Source of the DNA: an uncultured cyanobacterium
GTDB taxonomy: Bacteria > Cyanobacteriota > Cyanobacteriia > Cyanobacteriales > CAWUOF01
Length of the DNA stretch: 64,000 bases
Direction of reading: 5' to 3'
Assembly (NCBI GenBank): GCA_963744145.1
Contig: CAVUSO010000001.1
Location: forward strand, 224,001-288,000
In this document: one piece after another, positions 60,372-64,000 of the stretch
Layout of the letters: each line of letters opens with the position of its first letter
How positions within the stretch are numbered: position 1 is the stretch's first letter
The notes under the pieces: model-generated
Seen by the model: only the letters and a program-made list of their open reading frames with translations
Told to the model about the DNA's origin: nothing
Database searches by the model: none
Made by a program: the position numbers and the translations under genes

Positions 60372-60848
60372 TTAATCGGTAATTTGGACACTACCAACGA
60401 GAATCAGACAAAGGAGACGGTCGATCGCTTTGCAATCTTCTTCAGTGATCGATTCATCTAAAAGTGCAGCGGTGATTCTATACCAATCAGACTTTCTCAC
60501 TGTCTGGGTTGTCCCAATATTGGCCACAATTTGGTTAACTTTTGCCCTGATTGTCCCCTGAGTAGTCCCCTGAGTAGTCCCCTGAGTAGTCCCCTGAGCT
60601 TTACCCTGAGCTTTACCCTGAGCTTTACCCTGAGCTTTACCCTGAGCTTTACCCTGAGCGTAGTCGAAGGGGGAGTCGAAGGGGGAGTCGAAGGGGGAGT
60701 CGAAGGGGGAGTCGAAGGGGGAGTCGAAGGGTAGACTTACACTGAGGGTCGTCGAAGTGGTCAAAGGACAGGATGAAAGAGTGTACTTACACTGAGCGTC
60801 ACCGAAGTAGTCAAAGGGTAAAATCGAAGGATGGGAGATTTGAAGCAT
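60372..60848 (-). CDS. Small cyanobacterial hypothetical protein expanded by in-frame repeat insertions
   Basis: C-terminus AALLDESITEEDCKAIDRLL...GSVQITD looks like a real small-protein family; the middle is PFDS/AQGK/TQGT repeat. Confidence 0.6.
   Translation of the reverse strand: MLQISHPSILPFDYFGDAQCKYTLSSCPLTTSTTLSVSLPFDSPFDSPFDSPFDSPFDSPFDYAQGKAQGKAQGKAQGKAQGKAQGTTQGTTQGTTQGTIRAKVNQIVANIGTTQTVRKSDWYRITAALLDESITEEDCKAIDRLLCLILVGSVQITD
60541..60818 (-). repeat. Nested stack of 24-nt SDR-like elements and 12-nt half-repeats
   Basis: Six left halves (60588-60659) abut six right halves (60660-60731); further diverged copies near 60736-60759 and 60786-60809. Confidence 0.9.
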
Positions 60849-61063
60849 TGGTTTTTTCCTGAACTCGATATTTTTATCATCCCCTGGTTTCCTTTACTGC
60901 TAAGTGATGCAGGATTTAACCAAAGCGTGATAGTTTTATGGTGATCCAGTGAGTGCTGGAGATTTTCCGGGTGACTGATATCACTGGTTGATGACCAAAA
61001 ACAATCTGGTTCAAGAGACAAAACGCCTTAACTTTTCTAAAATTGACAAAATCTAGGATAATA

Positions 61064-61507
61064 TTATTGCCATAAACCACGTAAAACTTTTAAATCGTCC
61101 TGATCAAGTTCTACTGGTGTGCCACTCCGAATCAGTTCAGAAAATTCTTCATTAGGAACCATTATACATAGTGCATATAAACGATCGCTTCCAGTATTTT
61201 CAATGACATGGGTTCCTGTGGGTGGTACTAAAATACTGTCTCCCGTCTGAATTGGTACAGTTTTACCATCACAACTAGCTAATCCTTGTCCTTTAAGAAT
61301 AAAAAATATTTCGGTTGCATATTGATGTCGATTAGGTGGAGTTTTCCCACCGACATCAAATATTTCTACACAATAGGTAATCGAAACATTAGCTGTAGCA
61401 CTATCAAAGACAATTGCTAGACGATTAGTGTCATAAGGACTAATTCGGTAAGCTTGATAATCATGAGGACACTTGATGATCGGAATCATGCAGCGAGAGA
61501 CTTCCAT
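61064..61507 (-). CDS. Cupin domain protein
   Basis: TPPNRH...EIFFILKGQG, GDSILVPPTGTHVIEN. Confidence 0.88.
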   Translation of the reverse strand: MEVSRCMIPIIKCPHDYQAYRISPYDTNRLAIVFDSATANVSITYCVEIFDVGGKTPPNRHQYATEIFFILKGQGLASCDGKTVPIQTGDSILVPPTGTHVIENTGSDRLYALCIMVPNEEFSELIRSGTPVELDQDDLKVLRGLWQ

Positions 61508-61561
61508 GATAGTGTTTCCTGATCTGTAATAATTGGTTAAACAACAATCATGGTAAGTCTA

Positions 61562-62344
61562 CTATGAAAGTTTGACTGTTTTAATCGCATCAAAGATTGC
61601 TTGAGAATTTGTGACAAACCCAAAACATTGCTTAATATTGTATATGGTGGCTTGCCAACAATATTCTGGGGATGTGGTTGCTGTACAATCTTTAACTAAA
61701 ATACAGTCATACCCTAAACAGTTAGCATCTTGCAAGGTGGTCATGACGCATTGATCCGCGTTGACCCCACTAAATAGTAATGTGGTTTTCCCCAGATTAC
61801 GCAAAATACTATCTAATGGAGTATCCCAAAAACCGCTCATTCGATATTTATCTACCCGGATATCGACTGGATTGGGTATAAGTTCATCCACGATCGCAGC
61901 TCCCCAACTACCTGCCATTAATACTGTAGCACCATTGCTGGGTAAGCGATCGCCTAAACCAATTCCTGTTCCAGTCGGATTATAAACGTGATGGATGCTC
62001 GCACTAATATTCATTAAATCCGGTCGATTCCCCCAGTTTAACCAAATTACCGGGACTTGGTGCGATCGCAATTCTGGTAACAAGGTGTTTAAGGGTTGAA
62101 TCGGGGTACGAGCTGGATTAATATCTACACCGATATGAGCTAACCAACCATCTCGATGACAAAAATCATTTTGCATATCAATGATCAGAATTGCTGTTTT
62201 AGCTAAGTCTAGATGGAGGGTTTTTGTTTCGGTTGGTAAAATAATTGGATCAGGAGGAAGGGATGATCGGGTAATATCCGCGATCGTCTCATTGACTTTC
62301 CAATTATTCGGAGGTATCCCTAAATTTTTCAGTTGGTCAGTCAT
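61562..62344 (-). CDS. Isochorismatase-family cysteine hydrolase
   Basis: IIDMQNDF, KYRMSGF, GVNADQCV triad. Confidence 0.9.
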   Translation of the reverse strand: MTDQLKNLGIPPNNWKVNETIADITRSSLPPDPIILPTETKTLHLDLAKTAILIIDMQNDFCHRDGWLAHIGVDINPARTPIQPLNTLLPELRSHQVPVIWLNWGNRPDLMNISASIHHVYNPTGTGIGLGDRLPSNGATVLMAGSWGAAIVDELIPNPVDIRVDKYRMSGFWDTPLDSILRNLGKTTLLFSGVNADQCVMTTLQDANCLGYDCILVKDCTATTSPEYCWQATIYNIKQCFGFVTNSQAIFDAIKTVKLS

Positions 62345-62360
62345 AGAATGATTAGATCCC

Positions 62361-63869
62361 TTAAAAATTCTCTTTTAGATGAGTTTCACCACGACGATAC
62401 AACTCACGAGCATAATCAGTCCATGTTCCTTGTCCCCAATACCGAAAACAACTGGTTTGGACTAAAAGATTATTGAGTAATGCTTCCCGATAACGCTTTT
62501 GTTTGGTGATTGTTTCTGGATGAGGGGAATTTTTCAGGAGCGGATCAATTTTTTCATGGAATAAAGCACTGAGTTTATTCATGGGTTCCAGGACATTTTC
62601 ATATCCTTGGACCCAACTCATATTATTAGTCCAAGATGCTCCTTCCATGTGAAACTGATGGTCAGTTTTCCTTAATTCTTGAATTGCTGTTTCCACAGTT
62701 TCAGGGGAGCAATTGTCTGGACTAACTCTATCCCAAATTTTGTGTTGTCCGATCGGTTGACAAGCAGGATAATCATCAGGATTACATCCAGCAGCTTCAA
62801 TTAATTCTAAATATTCAGTACCATTAACTCCCACTACCCCAGATTTACCACCATTTTCATCCCGCATTTTGTACCAAGCTTGTCGGAAACCACTAGGAAA
62901 TTCATTCATCATCACACCCCCATTTTCACCATCACCAATTTGAGTCACAATGGAAGGGATAGAAATATTGCTAATTGTTTGTCGGGATAGGGTTTTTGCT
63001 TCGTAATAAGGTTGCATTTGAGCGACTAATTTGGTATCTGATCCTTGGGTTTTAATTAGTGCTGTAATACTGATGCTTTCTCCATGGGAATTACGAGCGA
63101 TGAGACGGTGGGGTAAGTGTTTGTAATGGAGAGAATGTCCTGCTAAAGTTTCTACTGAATGTTCTTGTACTAGCAACCAGCGATAACCACATTCCTGCAA
63201 TGCTTTAATATATTCAAACAAAGTATCGGGATGATTAGGAAGGTGCATTTCTGGAGGAGAAAATCCCTTAACTCGACTGAGTGCTTCCCAACCAAAAATA
63301 GCAGCAAAGTGGTGTTGCCATGCTAGGATATGGAGTTTGAGATCAGGAATTGGGGTAGAAGGAGCTACAGCATGACTCCACATAGTTCCCAACCATTCTA
63401 CATAAGGTTGGTAGGTGGGTTTAGTAGTAACTTCCTTGAGATTTTCCAGGATATCTCCCCGTCCCATTTGTCGCAATCCCCACAAGAGATTACCAGAATA
63501 ATCTAACATCACGCGAGGGTTACATCCTTGTTCAACTAATTGGGGAATAAATTCCGCAATCCGGGTATAACAATAAGCAAAAGATCCAGCGTTATGGTTA
63601 TCTCCAATGTGAGGATGCTCGAACATATTTTGCAGATTACTGATCGTTTCTCCATTCCCTCCTGCTGGGATGCTCGGTTGGTGCATATGGAGTGCGATCG
63701 CAAAGGATGAGGTAATATCTGGTAAGCGAAGATTAGTGTTTGGTAAAAATACAGAACGATTTTGGTTGGTGACAGCTAAAACTTCATTTTCCCACCCAGA
63801 AATATTAGGTAATCCATCAATTATTTCTGGTAATGTCGAACTGTTAGTTGAGGAGAGCGATGAAACCAT
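62361..63869 (-). CDS. Glycoside hydrolase family 57-like protein
   Basis: LHMHQP, GFSPPEM, GDGENGG, TSCFRYWG. Confidence 0.8.
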   Translation of the reverse strand: MVSSLSSTNSSTLPEIIDGLPNISGWENEVLAVTNQNRSVFLPNTNLRLPDITSSFAIALHMHQPSIPAGGNGETISNLQNMFEHPHIGDNHNAGSFAYCYTRIAEFIPQLVEQGCNPRVMLDYSGNLLWGLRQMGRGDILENLKEVTTKPTYQPYVEWLGTMWSHAVAPSTPIPDLKLHILAWQHHFAAIFGWEALSRVKGFSPPEMHLPNHPDTLFEYIKALQECGYRWLLVQEHSVETLAGHSLHYKHLPHRLIARNSHGESISITALIKTQGSDTKLVAQMQPYYEAKTLSRQTISNISIPSIVTQIGDGENGGVMMNEFPSGFRQAWYKMRDENGGKSGVVGVNGTEYLELIEAAGCNPDDYPACQPIGQHKIWDRVSPDNCSPETVETAIQELRKTDHQFHMEGASWTNNMSWVQGYENVLEPMNKLSALFHEKIDPLLKNSPHPETITKQKRYREALLNNLLVQTSCFRYWGQGTWTDYARELYRRGETHLKENF

Positions 63870-64000
63870 AGGTGTTTATGCTTGAGGGTCAGCAATAATA
63901 AAATCTGCCATCCTTATTATTACCCATATATAGGATATTCGCGCTACAGGACTTTTGTAAAGTTTTAGTGGTTATTCTTAACAATTCTTGCTCGTACTGC

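Noticed and set aside
60531-60734. Plus-strand low-complexity ORF
   Set aside because: Antisense reading of the 12-nt repeats
3689-61985. Numerous short ORFs overlapping or antisense to confident genes (e.g. 3689, 7022, 9219, 21697, 23699, 51270, 61761)
   Set aside because: Shadow frames without recognisable motifs or ribosome-binding sites
1-64000. High density of GCGATCGC as a novel repeat; tRNA or rRNA genes
   Set aside because: GCGATCGC is the well-known cyanobacterial HIP1; no tRNA cloverleaf or rRNA sequence was recognised by eye

Overview
Cyanobacterial chromosomal window (frequent HIP1 GCGATCGC, apcF, flavodiiron pair, NtcA-type glnA promoter). The first ~26 kb and last ~15 kb are mostly housekeeping, metabolic and signalling genes (folB, glnA/apcF, ybeY, dgkA, rsmI, coaX, flv3/flv1, HerA-like ATPase, group 2 sigma factor, kinases). 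The middle (~26-48.6 kb) is an accessory/defence-type region: a 7-unit ~280 bp tandem array built from REP/MITE parts, Fic, a truncated HNH-type gene, a frameshifted type I hsdM, Uma2, DUF433/DUF5615 pairs, XisHI, an Ntox24-like toxin-immunity pair with a decayed duplicate, and an OGFr-domain gene. The best candidate for an undescribed system is a divergent HTH gene plus an adenylate kinase - KAP NTPase - CBS - CBS operon (38796-43751). Also notable: a 24-nt mobile element that inserts without target duplication, in frame inside genes and apparently into itself six deep; a G/T-only hypervariable cassette at the end of two kinase-GUN4 paralogs; a galectin-like protein; and a bacteriophytochrome whose kinase module lacks its phospho-His. 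No rRNA, tRNA or CRISPR array was seen. All family calls are from motif recognition by eye, without database searches.
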